From Candidatus Latescibacterota bacterium (GTDB taxonomy: Bacteria; Latescibacterota; UBA2968; GCA-2709665): 64,000 bases of DNA. A program made the position numbers and the translations under genes. Of this stretch, positions 38,224 through 47,175 are shown piece by piece (position 1 is the stretch's first letter; every line of letters starts with the position of its first letter). The DNA lies in NCBI GenBank assembly GCA_965222075.1, contig OZ244937.1, positions 1,056,001 through 1,120,000 of the forward strand, written 5' to 3'. Below the pieces are notes generated by a model, which saw only the letters and a list, made by a program, of their open reading frames with translations, made no database searches and had not been told where the DNA came from.

Positions 38224-38990
38224 ATGAGGGTAGGTATGTATGGAAATATGATCTTTCTGCTGGTTCTCCCCTTGATGGGCGCTACCTTCCTGGATGAGGT
38301 GGCCAAGAAGAATGAAGAGGGCAACCGGCTGTTTGCGGAGGGGAAGTTCGAAGAGGCGCTCAAGCGCTATCGGGATGCCCAGCTTCAGAATCCGGAGGCG
38401 CCCCAACTCCATTTTAACGCAGGCGATGCGCTTTATAAGCAGGATACGTATGACGGGGCGATCCAGGAATTCGGCCGTGTGTTAAACAGCGGCGATCCGA
38501 CCCTGTTGGCCGAGGCCTATTACAACATCGGAAATGCCCACTTCCGGCAGAACCGCCCGCAGGAGGCGATTGGGGCCTACAAGAAGGCGCTGGAGCTCAA
38601 ACCGGACGACTTAGACGCAAAGATCAATCTGGAGTTGGCCCAGAAGCTGCTGGACGAACAGCAGCAACAGCAGCAGAATCAGCAGGAAGACCAGGAAGAT
38701 CAGCAAGACCAGCAAGATCAACAGGATCAGGATCAACAGCAGGGAGAAGACCAAAAACAGGGGAGCAGGACCAGCAGCAGGACCAGCAGCAGGACCAGCA
38801 GCAGGACCAGCAGCAGGACCAGCAGCAGGGAGAAGATCAACCGGAGGATCAGGCGCCCCCCCGGGAGGGTGAGATGACCCAGGAGGAGGCCGAGCGGCTC
38901 TTGGAGGCGCTGAAGGATCGGGAGCGTGAGGCGCAAAAGCGCCGGCGGCTTCGGCTCCTGGGCAGGCGGTATACCGGAAATGAATGGTAG
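38224..38990 (+). CDS. batC: TPR protein BatC (frameshifted at ~38760)
   Basis: TPR motifs, then a Q/D-rich linker. Adding one G to the G4 run at 38760-38763 restores QQD repeats and the C-terminus MTQEEAERLLEAL...NEW* (stop at 38990). Confidence 0.82.
38764..38829 (+). repeat. 12-bp tandem repeat AGCAGGACCAGC x5.5
   Basis: Five perfect units plus a partial unit. Encodes QDQQ in the restored frame. Confidence 0.95.
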
Positions 38991-39012
38991 CGTCCAAAGT
39001 CCAACGTCCCCT

Positions 39013-40908
39013 ATGCGATATGCGCATTTAAAAGCGTCTGGTCTGCCGAGAAGGGCCGCGTTTGCCATCCTGGTCCTGTGCATCGGGATTCTGGCGTTCG
39101 GTTCGGCGCTCTGGGCAGAAGATCCGAAGCTCCAGGTGTCGGTAGATCGGACGCGTGTGGGGGTTGGAGAGCGCGTGACCCTGACCGTATCGGTATCATT
39201 GGAAGGGCAGGAGGCTGTCTCAGAGCCCGAACTGGCGGTTCCGGATGGGTTCGATGTGCTGGGAAGGAGCTCATCCACCAACTGGTCGATCAGTATCGCA
39301 AACGGGGTTGTGACCCATATTCAGACGATTTCCTTTATCTATACACTGCGAGCACAGCGGGAAGGATCGTATCTGGTCGGCCCGGTGAAGGTGACGCATC
39401 AGGGGAAGACCCACACCGCCTCACCGGTCCGGGTGGAGGTGGTCAAAGGGCGTAAACGACGGCAGGTCCGGCCGGCTCCCGGCCCCGGGCAGTCCTTGGG
39501 CGCACAGGACCTGGGGGAGATTGGAGAGAGCCTCTTTATCCAGGCCAAGCCGGACAGGCGGACCGTTTACGTGGGAGAGCAAGTGACGCTCTCCTACACA
39601 TTGTATAACCGAATCCCTCGGCTTCGCATTCACAACTATGATCACCTGCCGACCTATACCGGATTCTGGGCGAAGAAGCTGTTCGACGCGTTTGACGTTC
39701 AACGGGTGAGCTGGAATACGGAGGTGGTCGATGGCCGCAAGTTTGAGGCAGGACTTTTGAAGGTGGTGGCGCTGTTTCCGACCACGGCCGGCAAACAGGC
39801 GCTGGAGGAGCTTGAGCTGCTCTGCTCTTTTCCGGTCAGATCGAAGCGCCGCGGCCTGCTCGGCTTTGACAGTTTCTTTGACATGGATGCCTTCGGCGAG
39901 ACGAAGCAGATCACGGTGCGATCGAACGGCCTGGAGCTTGAGGCGATGCCGTTGCCTGCGGGGGCTCCCGCCGGGTTTGCCGGCGCGGTCGGCCGGCTGC
40001 AGATTTCCGCGGAGGCAACGCCTACGACGGTTGCGGAAGGGGATCCGATTGTATTGAAGGTGAAGGTGTCGGGCACGGGCAACCTCAATGCCGTACCTGA
40101 ACCGACCCGACCCGCCGGCGAGACGTTTCGGTTTTATGATCCCAAGGCCTCTGTGGAGATTGAAAAGAGGGAAAACCGCCTCGGAGGACGGAAGACCTTC
40201 GAGTATGTGGTGATTCCCCAAAAGGCCGGTGAGCGACAGATTCCGCCGTTTCGCCTGGCCTACTTCGATCCGGATCAGAAGCGTTATGCCACCGTGCGGA
40301 CCGCGCCGATCGCTCTGGTGATCAACCCGGGCGCAGAGCCCTTCCGGCCTGCGCCGGCCCCGATGCTGAGCCGCGATGAGATCAAGGTGCTGGGCGAAGA
40401 TATCCGTTATATCAAGCCGGATATGCCCGTTCTGGAAGTACAGGGCCGGGCGCTCTACCGGAACTGGGGATTCCTGGCGCTGCAGGCAGTGCCTGTGCTG
40501 GGGTTTCTGGGGGTGTTTGCTTACAGGCGCCACCGGGAACGGCTGATGGGGGACGTGGCCTATGCCCGCCGCCGCCGCTCCCGCTCTGAGGCGAGGCGCC
40601 GTTTGGCCTATGCCCGCCGGCTGATGGCGTCGGGGGAGAACAGGGCCTTCCATTCCGAGATTTACCGGGCGCTGGCGCAGTTCCTGGCGGACCGGTTAAA
40701 TTGTCCGGTTGCAGGGATGGCAGCGGACTCGGCGGCCGAGGCGCTTGCCGGACGAGGGGTCTCTGAAGAGGTGATTGCGCAGGTGAGAAAGGTGTTCCAG
40801 CGGTGCGACTTCGCCCGGTTCGCGCCTTCTGAAGTATCGAATGGGGAGATGGAGAAGCTTTACAAGGCGGCGGAGGGGCTGGTCGATGAGCTGGGGAGGA
40901 AGGTATGA
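39013..40908 (+). CDS. batD: BatD family protein
   Basis: Signal peptide, VYVGEQV, FAGAVG, VSGTGNL, DIRYIK, CDFARFAP. Start uncertain (38980 or 39013). Confidence 0.87.
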   Translation: MRYAHLKASGLPRRAAFAILVLCIGILAFGSALWAEDPKLQVSVDRTRVGVGERVTLTVSVSLEGQEAVSEPELAVPDGFDVLGRSSSTNWSISIANGVVTHIQTISFIYTLRAQREGSYLVGPVKVTHQGKTHTASPVRVEVVKGRKRRQVRPAPGPGQSLGAQDLGEIGESLFIQAKPDRRTVYVGEQVTLSYTLYNRIPRLRIHNYDHLPTYTGFWAKKLFDAFDVQRVSWNTEVVDGRKFEAGLLKVVALFPTTAGKQALEELELLCSFPVRSKRRGLLGFDSFFDMDAFGETKQITVRSNGLELEAMPLPAGAPAGFAGAVGRLQISAEATPTTVAEGDPIVLKVKVSGTGNLNAVPEPTRPAGETFRFYDPKASVEIEKRENRLGGRKTFEYVVIPQKAGERQIPPFRLAYFDPDQKRYATVRTAPIALVINPGAEPFRPAPAPMLSRDEIKVLGEDIRYIKPDMPVLEVQGRALYRNWGFLALQAVPVLGFLGVFAYRRHRERLMGDVAYARRRRSRSEARRRLAYARRLMASGENRAFHSEIYRALAQFLADRLNCPVAGMAADSAAEALAGRGVSEEVIAQVRKVFQRCDFARFAPSEVSNGEMEKLYKAAEGLVDELGRKV

Positions 40909-40930
40909 AAAGGCAATTTCGGAATGCGGA

Positions 40931-41686
40931 ATGATGCGCTGTGTGCTGAGTGTTTTGCTGGTCGTTTTTCTGGGGGGGGGCGCGTCGGCGGAGATGGCCG
41001 GGGCGGCGCTGTACAACGAGGCGAATGCCTTTTACAGGACGGGGAAGTACGCCGAAGCTGCGGAGCGGTATGAGGCGGTTTTGCGGCAGGGCGTGCGGAA
41101 CGGTCACGTCTACTATAACCTGGGGAACGCGTATTTCAAGGCCGGGCAGATCGGGCGAGCGATTCTGGCTTACGAACGGGCTTTGAGACTGATGCCCGGA
41201 GACGAGGATGTTGCGGCGAACCTGCGGTTCGTGAATGCGATGAAGGTAGACAGGGAGCCGGAGGATGAGGAGAATGTGGTGGTCCGCTTTTTGCAGGGGA
41301 TCTACCGTGCGTTGAGCGCCAATGGATTGGCTGTTTTTTGCAGCATCTGTCTGTTCTGTCTGGCGGGCGTGGGCACCGGCTGGCTCTTTTCGCCCCGGCG
41401 CCGGCTGCTGTGGGTCAGCCTGCTGGTGCTGCTGGGGCTTGGATGCTTTGGAGCAGGGGCGCTTATGACCTTTAAGATCCACGACCGGGAGAGGGTTGAA
41501 CGGGCCGTGATTCTGTCAGACGAGGTTGTGGGACGCAGCGGTCCGGGAAAGGACTACCTCCAGGTCTTTACCCTGCACGAAGGGACCAGGGTGACGATTG
41601 AACGGGAGGAAGGAGGCTGGCTGCTGGTACGGCTGTCCAACGGGATTGGGGGATGGGTGCCGGTAGCGGGGATGGAACAGATCTGA
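40931..41686 (+). CDS. batE: BatE (TPR + TMs + SH3-like)
   Basis: YYNLGNAYFK...AILAYERAL, LHEGT, GIGGWV. Confidence 0.87.
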   Translation: MMRCVLSVLLVVFLGGGASAEMAGAALYNEANAFYRTGKYAEAAERYEAVLRQGVRNGHVYYNLGNAYFKAGQIGRAILAYERALRLMPGDEDVAANLRFVNAMKVDREPEDEENVVVRFLQGIYRALSANGLAVFCSICLFCLAGVGTGWLFSPRRRLLWVSLLVLLGLGCFGAGALMTFKIHDRERVERAVILSDEVVGRSGPGKDYLQVFTLHEGTRVTIEREEGGWLLVRLSNGIGGWVPVAGMEQI

Positions 41687-41725
41687 GAGGGAATTATGGG
41701 GAGTTCATAGCCTGTTCCGGCGTTG

Positions 41726-41758
41726 AGGCTCGTCTTCGGGTTGGGCCTTTTTCCTTTT
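41726..41758 (+). terminator. Possible intrinsic terminator of Bat operon
   Basis: AGGCTCG/TGGGCCT stem around TTCG, followed by a T-rich tract. Confidence 0.4.
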
Positions 41759-41790
41759 GAGATATAGGCCGGGAGGCGTATATTTTCGAT

Positions 41791-43134
41791 ATGTCCTATA
41801 ACGCCTGGTTTCAATGTTTTCGAGGGTGCGAAGGCCGCTATCCCCTCACGCAGATTATCTACGAGTGCCCTGCCTGCGGCGGTCTCCTGGAGGTGCGGCA
41901 CGATTTGGATGCGCTGCGTACCAAGCCTCCTGTGTACTGGCGGGCGTTGTTCGACCGGCGCTACATGCGCACGGAGTGGCCCTACGGGAGTTCGGTGTGG
42001 GGGAAGAAGGAGATGGTCTGCCCGGAGGTGGACGACGACAACGTGGTCTCGATGTTCGAAGGAGGCAGCAACCTGTTCTGGGCGGAGCGGTTGGCAAAGG
42101 AGGTCGGGGTCGAAGGCCTCTGGGTGAAGCAGTGCGGCAACAGCCACACCGGCTCGTTCAAAGACCTGGGGATGACGGTGCTGGTGTCAATGGTCAATCA
42201 TATGATCGCGAACGGGCAGGAGATCCCGGCGGTGGGGTGCGCGTCTTCGGGAGACACGTCGGCGGCCCTGGCGGCTTACTGTGCGGCGGCGGGCATTCAG
42301 GCCGTGGTCTTTTTGCCCCGGGACAAGGTCTCAACGGCGCAGCTGGTACAGCCGATGGCCAACGGGGCGCTGGTGTTGAGCTTAGACACCGATTTTGACG
42401 GGTGTATGAAGCTGATGCAGGAGGTCTGCCATCGTGAGAATATCTACTTAGCCAATTCGATGAATTCCCTCCGGGTGGAGGGGCAGAAGACGATCAGTGT
42501 GGAATTGCTCCAGCAGTTCGATTGGAATCTGCCCGACTGGATCGTGATTCCGGGAGGCAACCTGGGCAATATAAGCGCCCTGGGCAAGGGGTTCCTGGAG
42601 TTGCTGGAGATGGGGTTGATCGACCGGCTGCCCAGGATTGCCGTGGCGCAAAGCGCCCGGGCCAATCCGCTTTATTTGAGTTACCAGAAGGGGTTCGACA
42701 GTTTCGAACCGGTCGAAGCCCAAACGACCTTAGCCAGCGCCATTCAGATTGGCGACCCGGTGAGCGCGGAGAAGGCGGTTTGGACGCTGAAGGCGTTTAA
42801 CGGGGTGGTGGAGCAGGCGACGGAACAGGAGCTGGCCGATGCGGCGATGCGGGCCGACCGCACGGGGCTATTCTGCTGCCCGCATACGGGGGTGGCGTTC
42901 GCCGCGCTGTTCAAGCTGGTGAACCGGGGGGTGATTCAGAAGGGGCAGCAGGTGGTGGTGATTTCAACGGCGCACGGGTTGAAATTTATCGATTTCAAGC
43001 TAAAGTATCACCGGGGCCAGCTCCGGGATATGGGGGTGGACCTCCATTATGCCAACATGCCGCTTGAGTTGCCGGCCGAGTACGGGGCGGTGCGCGATGC
43101 GCTTTATCGGGCGCTGGAGGCGAGGAGAGGTTGA
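41791..43134 (+). CDS. thrC: Threonine synthase (plant-like clade)
   Basis: [52 protein letters not shown]. Confidence 0.95.
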   Translation: MSYNAWFQCFRGCEGRYPLTQIIYECPACGGLLEVRHDLDALRTKPPVYWRALFDRRYMRTEWPYGSSVWGKKEMVCPEVDDDNVVSMFEGGSNLFWAERLAKEVGVEGLWVKQCGNSHTGSFKDLGMTVLVSMVNHMIANGQEIPAVGCASSGDTSAALAAYCAAAGIQAVVFLPRDKVSTAQLVQPMANGALVLSLDTDFDGCMKLMQEVCHRENIYLANSMNSLRVEGQKTISVELLQQFDWNLPDWIVIPGGNLGNISALGKGFLELLEMGLIDRLPRIAVAQSARANPLYLSYQKGFDSFEPVEAQTTLASAIQIGDPVSAEKAVWTLKAFNGVVEQATEQELADAAMRADRTGLFCCPHTGVAFAALFKLVNRGVIQKGQQVVVISTAHGLKFIDFKLKYHRGQLRDMGVDLHYANMPLELPAEYGAVRDALYRALEARRG

Positions 43135-43159
43135 CAGATCAGGGGATTTTGGTTACATT
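43131..43159 (+). promoter_or_regulatory. Sigma70-type promoter overlapping thrC stop
   Basis: TTGACA-17 nt-TACATT. Confidence 0.65.
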
Positions 43160-43191
43160 ACATCATAGGCAGATGGTCCAACGACCAGGTG

Positions 43192-43246
43192 TATAGTGGT
43201 GATTTGAAGCATATTGCAGCCACTATAAACAAGTCGCTAAAAAGCT
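43192..43246 (+). ncRNA. SAM-II riboswitch aptamer
   Basis: TATAGTGG-TGATTTG-AAGCATA-TTGCAG-CCACTATA-AACAAGTC-GCTAAAAAGCT. It has an 8-bp P1 and the conserved GTGATTT, TTGCA and AAGTCGCTAAA blocks of SAM-II, and lies upstream of a methionine-pathway gene. Confidence 0.85.
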
Positions 43247-43263
43247 ACCCGATACACGGTGCA

Positions 43264-43326
43264 GCCCGGGCTTTTTAGCCCGGGTTTCTGATTTTCCCGG
43301 GGCTTTTTGGTGCCGGGGATTTTTTG
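43264..43326 (+). terminator. Tandem intrinsic terminator hairpins in metB leader
   Basis: GCCCGGGCT-TTTT-AGCCCGGGT followed by TTCTGATTTT, then TTCCCGG...CCGGGGA followed by TTTTTT. Confidence 0.7.
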
Positions 43327-43347
43327 TGTAAGGGGTTCGAAGACGCT

Positions 43348-44541
43348 ATGAAAAAAGAGAGTGAAACAGAGGGGATCTGTTCGTCCACAGAGGCCGTGCA
43401 CGCGGGGGAAAACCGTGCATACTGGGGGCATTCGCTTACGGTGCCCATTGCACAGACTTCGACATATGTTTTTGAAAACACGCAGGCGGTAGACGATTTT
43501 GTGTCGGGCCGGGAAGCGCGGCTGGATTACGGGCGCTACGGCAACCCGACGCAGCATATTGCCGAGGATAAGCTGGCGGAGTTGGAAGGGGCGGAGGCCG
43601 CGCTTCTGTTTTCGTCGGGGATGAGCGCGGTGACCACGACGCTGCTGGGGATGCTCTCAATGGGGCAGCACGCCCTGATTATGGACGACTGCTACCGGAA
43701 GACGGCGCAGTTCTGCCAGATGGTGCTGCGGAAGTTCGGCGTGGAGACAACTTTTATTCCGGCCGGGGATTACGAGGGGCTGAAAGGGGAGATACGCGAG
43801 AATACCCGGGTTATCATCGCGGAGTCACCCACCAATCCTCATCTGAATGTGATGGACCTGGAGCGGCTGGTAGAGGTTGCCAGGGCGCACCGAATAAAGG
43901 TGGTCATCGACAGTACTTTTGCCACGCCATATAACCAGCGGCCCCTGGAGTTCGGGGTGGATCTGGTGATCCAGAGCGCAACGAAGTATCTGGGGGGACA
44001 CAACGATTTGATTGCGGGTGCGGTGCTGGGAAAAGCGCCCCTGGTCTCTGCGATCAAGGACTACCGGGGAATCCTGGGCGGGGTGGTGGGTCCGCATTGC
44101 GCATATCTGCTGATCCGGGGGCTCAAGACGTTTCCGCTGAGGATGGTCCGGCAGAACGCAACGGCGCTGGCGCTGGCCCGTTTTCTGGAGGGGCATCCGA
44201 AGGTCCGGAGGGTTTATTATCCGGGCCTGGAGAGTCACCCGGACTACGATGTGGCCCGGGCACAGATGCGGGGGTATGGGGGTGTGGTGAGTTTTGATCT
44301 GGACACCGATCTGGAGCGGACCATGGCCTTTCTGGATCGTCTGGAAATCCCCTGTATCGGCGCCAGCCTGGGCGGAGTTGAGAGTATTGTGTCGCACCCT
44401 TCCTCCATCTCCTACTATGAACTGTCGCGGGAGGACCGGCTGGAGATCGGGATCGCCGACGAACTGGTTCGCTATGCGGTGGGTGTGGAGGAGGCGGAGG
44501 ACCTGATTGCGGATGTGGCGCAGGCGCTGGAGGCGATTTAA
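43348..44541 (+). CDS. metB: Cystathionine gamma-synthase (Cys/Met PLP family, plant-like)
   Basis: YGRYGNPT, DCYRKT, ESPTNP, DSTFATP, SATKYLGGHND, SLGGVES. Confidence 0.8.
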   Translation: MKKESETEGICSSTEAVHAGENRAYWGHSLTVPIAQTSTYVFENTQAVDDFVSGREARLDYGRYGNPTQHIAEDKLAELEGAEAALLFSSGMSAVTTTLLGMLSMGQHALIMDDCYRKTAQFCQMVLRKFGVETTFIPAGDYEGLKGEIRENTRVIIAESPTNPHLNVMDLERLVEVARAHRIKVVIDSTFATPYNQRPLEFGVDLVIQSATKYLGGHNDLIAGAVLGKAPLVSAIKDYRGILGGVVGPHCAYLLIRGLKTFPLRMVRQNATALALARFLEGHPKVRRVYYPGLESHPDYDVARAQMRGYGGVVSFDLDTDLERTMAFLDRLEIPCIGASLGGVESIVSHPSSISYYELSREDRLEIGIADELVRYAVGVEEAEDLIADVAQALEAI

Positions 44542-44559
44542 GCGTCGACTGGGGAAATC

Positions 44560-45297
44560 ATGTTTGGTGTGGTTTTTATAGAGGCCCTGCGGGCCCCCTT
44601 CCAGGATTCCGACTGGCTGCGCAAGTTTGTGCTGGGTGGGCTGCTGAGTCTGGTGCCGAACCTGGCGGTGTCGCTTTTGATTACAGAGCAGGTGCTGTGG
44701 GTTTTGGCGCCCGTGCTGTTCAGCCTGGTTCTGAGTTTGGTGGTGTGGGGTTATCTTTACCGGATTTTTGTCGATGCCCTCAACGGACAGGCATGGCACA
44801 CCCTGCCCGAATGGGGCAACTGGAAGGCCTATTTCGTCGCCGGGTTCCAGGTGTTTTTAATTGTGCTGGGATATGTTCTCCTCATGGGTGTGGGGTTAAC
44901 GGGATTGCTATCGATTCTGGGAATGTTTCCATCCGGCAAAAACCCGGAGCAATTGTCTGCCGTCGTGTTGCTGGTGATGCTGACGATCGTGCTGCTCTAT
45001 GGGTTTTTACCCATTGCGTTCGCCCGGTTTGCCGCAGAAGGCCGGATCTGGGCGGCCTTTGATCCGTGGGCGCTTTGGGCCGATATCCGGGCGCTGGTGA
45101 AAGGAGATTACGTTCAGACCTGTTTGGCTTTTTACGGACTTTGGCTGATGGGGAATTTGGTGTTGGGATGGCTGCCTTACGTTGGACTGCCCCTGGTTTC
45201 CACCTATTCGTTTTACGTGATGGTGGTATTTGCCCGTCTCTTCGGCAAAATGATCGGCGTGGAAGGGCAGAAGGCCCTGTCTTCAGAAGACCATTAG
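44560..45297 (+). CDS. DUF4013-like membrane protein
   Basis: PFQDSDWLRKFVLG, LPEWGNW, multiple TMs. Confidence 0.7.
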   Translation: MFGVVFIEALRAPFQDSDWLRKFVLGGLLSLVPNLAVSLLITEQVLWVLAPVLFSLVLSLVVWGYLYRIFVDALNGQAWHTLPEWGNWKAYFVAGFQVFLIVLGYVLLMGVGLTGLLSILGMFPSGKNPEQLSAVVLLVMLTIVLLYGFLPIAFARFAAEGRIWAAFDPWALWADIRALVKGDYVQTCLAFYGLWLMGNLVLGWLPYVGLPLVSTYSFYVMVVFARLFGKMIGVEGQKALSSEDH

Positions 45298-47090
45298 AGG
45301 AGGAGTGGCGCCTGACCAGCGTGCGAATGCGTCGGGTCTTGGGGAGATTTGGTCCGGGGGCCGTTTTGGGGCAGGCGAATGGTGAAAGTGGTTCCGGAGC
45401 CGGGGGTGCTTTTGATCCGAATTTCTCCTCCATGCGCGTCTATGATGCCTTTGACGATGGCCAATCCCAGTCCGGTTCCCCGCTCCTGCCGTGCGGCGGG
45501 TTGATCTGTCCGGTAGAACTTTTCAAAAACGTGGGGCAGGTCTTTTTCGGGGATGCCGATGCCGGTGTCTTTCACGTCTATTTCCACCCAGCCCTCCCCT
45601 GACCGGCTGGAGAGGTGAACCTCGCCCCCCCGAGAGGTGTATTTGATGGCATTGTCCAGGATGTTCACGAAGATCTGATTGAGCTGTTCGGGGTCGGCCT
45701 TGAGCTTGAGGCTTTTGAGAGAATCGTGGGGGGAGAGGGTTATCCCCCTTTTCTGAGCAATAGGGGCCATTTCTTTTAAGGCCTGCTGGAGGAAGTGAGC
45801 GAGGTCGACCGTTTGAAAATTGGGTTTGAGCTTTCCCGCATCGAACCGTGAGAAGCTGAGAAGCTGTTCGATAAGGGCCGAAAGACGCTGGTTGTCGTCC
45901 CGAATGATTCCGAGCAATTTTTGGACATTTTCATCGTCCTGTACTTTAACCAGCGTTGCCAACGACTCTGTAGACCACTTGATGGAGGTAAGGGGGGTGC
46001 GGAGTTCGTGGGAGACTGTGTTGAGAAAATCGGTTTTGAGTTGATCCAGTTCGCGCAGCCGGCGGTTGGCCTCCAGGATCTCCTCCCGGGCGCGGCGGCT
46101 TTCGGTGACGTCCCGGAGTAAGAGGTAGATCGCATACCGATCTCCGTAGTTGATCCGGCAGGCCCGGAGGTCTACCGGCACGGTCTGGCCCGAGGAGGTG
46201 AGCATGTCCAGGTCGTTCCTTTCCAAGGCATCGGTCGGGCCTACCGCACGGAATAGGTCTTCAAGCTGGTCGTGGTTATCGGGCAGCCAGAGGTCTTTCA
46301 GGTTTTTTTGTAGAAGCGCCTCCCTGGGTGCGCCCAGGAGGGTTTCGGCCTGGGGGTTGGCGTCTAAGAGGGCACCGGAGGTGTCCACCACCAGGATGGG
46401 GGCGCTGTTTTGCACCAGGACGCGGTTTCGCGCCTCGGAGTGCTCCAGGTGGCTTTCATAGCGGTCCACCAGCTTTCCAACAAAAAACCAGGATCCAGCG
46501 GCCGCAACCACAACAAATCCAATGCCAATGAGGGCCAGGAGACGGCCGAGTTGCTCGACTCGATCGTTGAGGGGCTCCACCGACTGATGGACGCAGAGAT
46601 AGGTCATCATTTGAGGTAGCCAGTGTATGGCAATAATATCAGAAGGCGTTTTATAAATACTCGCTTCACCGGGATTTTGTAAGACGGCCAGACTGTCTAC
46701 AGACGGTGCGAGTGAGCCGAGGAGAGCGGTGGGTTCATAGGTATTCAACGGGGCCTGCATCCCAACCAGTTCTGGCCTGGGATGCGCCAGGACCCGGCCG
46801 TTTTTGTCCAGTACGCAGGCGAACCCGATCCACTTTTTCTTTTTCAAGATCTCGAGAATCCTCTGGATTTGGGCCAGCGCCATGTCCTGATCGGTGTATT
46901 CCTGTGTCACCTGCTTGATGAAGATCCGCAGGTTTTCCCCGATAATTTCGCTGTCTTGAGCCATTTTTCGTTCAAGCATGGACTTGAGCCGGTCTATGGC
47001 ATAGGAGGCCGAGAGAAGCCCCAGGCACAGCACGAGCGCCGAGAGGGCGAGGGCGGTGTAGAGCTGAAGCCTGCGTTTGTCCTGGATCAT
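45294..47090 (-). CDS. Membrane sensor histidine kinase (Cache-like + PAS + HisKA + HATPase)
   Basis: Two TMs, VLDKNGRVLAHP, PAS region, SHELRTPL, NILDNAIKY, DTGIGI, GTGLGL. Confidence 0.92.
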   Translation of the reverse strand: MIQDKRRLQLYTALALSALVLCLGLLSASYAIDRLKSMLERKMAQDSEIIGENLRIFIKQVTQEYTDQDMALAQIQRILEILKKKKWIGFACVLDKNGRVLAHPRPELVGMQAPLNTYEPTALLGSLAPSVDSLAVLQNPGEASIYKTPSDIIAIHWLPQMMTYLCVHQSVEPLNDRVEQLGRLLALIGIGFVVVAAAGSWFFVGKLVDRYESHLEHSEARNRVLVQNSAPILVVDTSGALLDANPQAETLLGAPREALLQKNLKDLWLPDNHDQLEDLFRAVGPTDALERNDLDMLTSSGQTVPVDLRACRINYGDRYAIYLLLRDVTESRRAREEILEANRRLRELDQLKTDFLNTVSHELRTPLTSIKWSTESLATLVKVQDDENVQKLLGIIRDDNQRLSALIEQLLSFSRFDAGKLKPNFQTVDLAHFLQQALKEMAPIAQKRGITLSPHDSLKSLKLKADPEQLNQIFVNILDNAIKYTSRGGEVHLSSRSGEGWVEIDVKDTGIGIPEKDLPHVFEKFYRTDQPAARQERGTGLGLAIVKGIIDAHGGEIRIKSTPGSGTTFTIRLPQNGPRTKSPQDPTHSHAGQAPLLL

Positions 47091-47175
47091 AATAAAAGTC
47101 CCGGGTCCTGGGGCTATGAAAGAAGCCGGAATCCCCCCAGGAGATCCCGGCTTGCCGGATTGTTGCCCGCTCCAA

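Noticed and set aside
36291-38363. 690-aa minus-strand ORF
   Set aside because: Antisense to batA/batB, with no recognisable motifs.
38640-38830. Possible CRISPR array
   Set aside because: Head-to-tail coding repeats without unique spacers, and no cas genes in the window.
38761-38877. Ser/Arg-rich (SRTS)n tail of BatC as a real domain
   Set aside because: Product of the frameshift. The alternative frame gives the expected Q-rich linker and conserved C-terminus.
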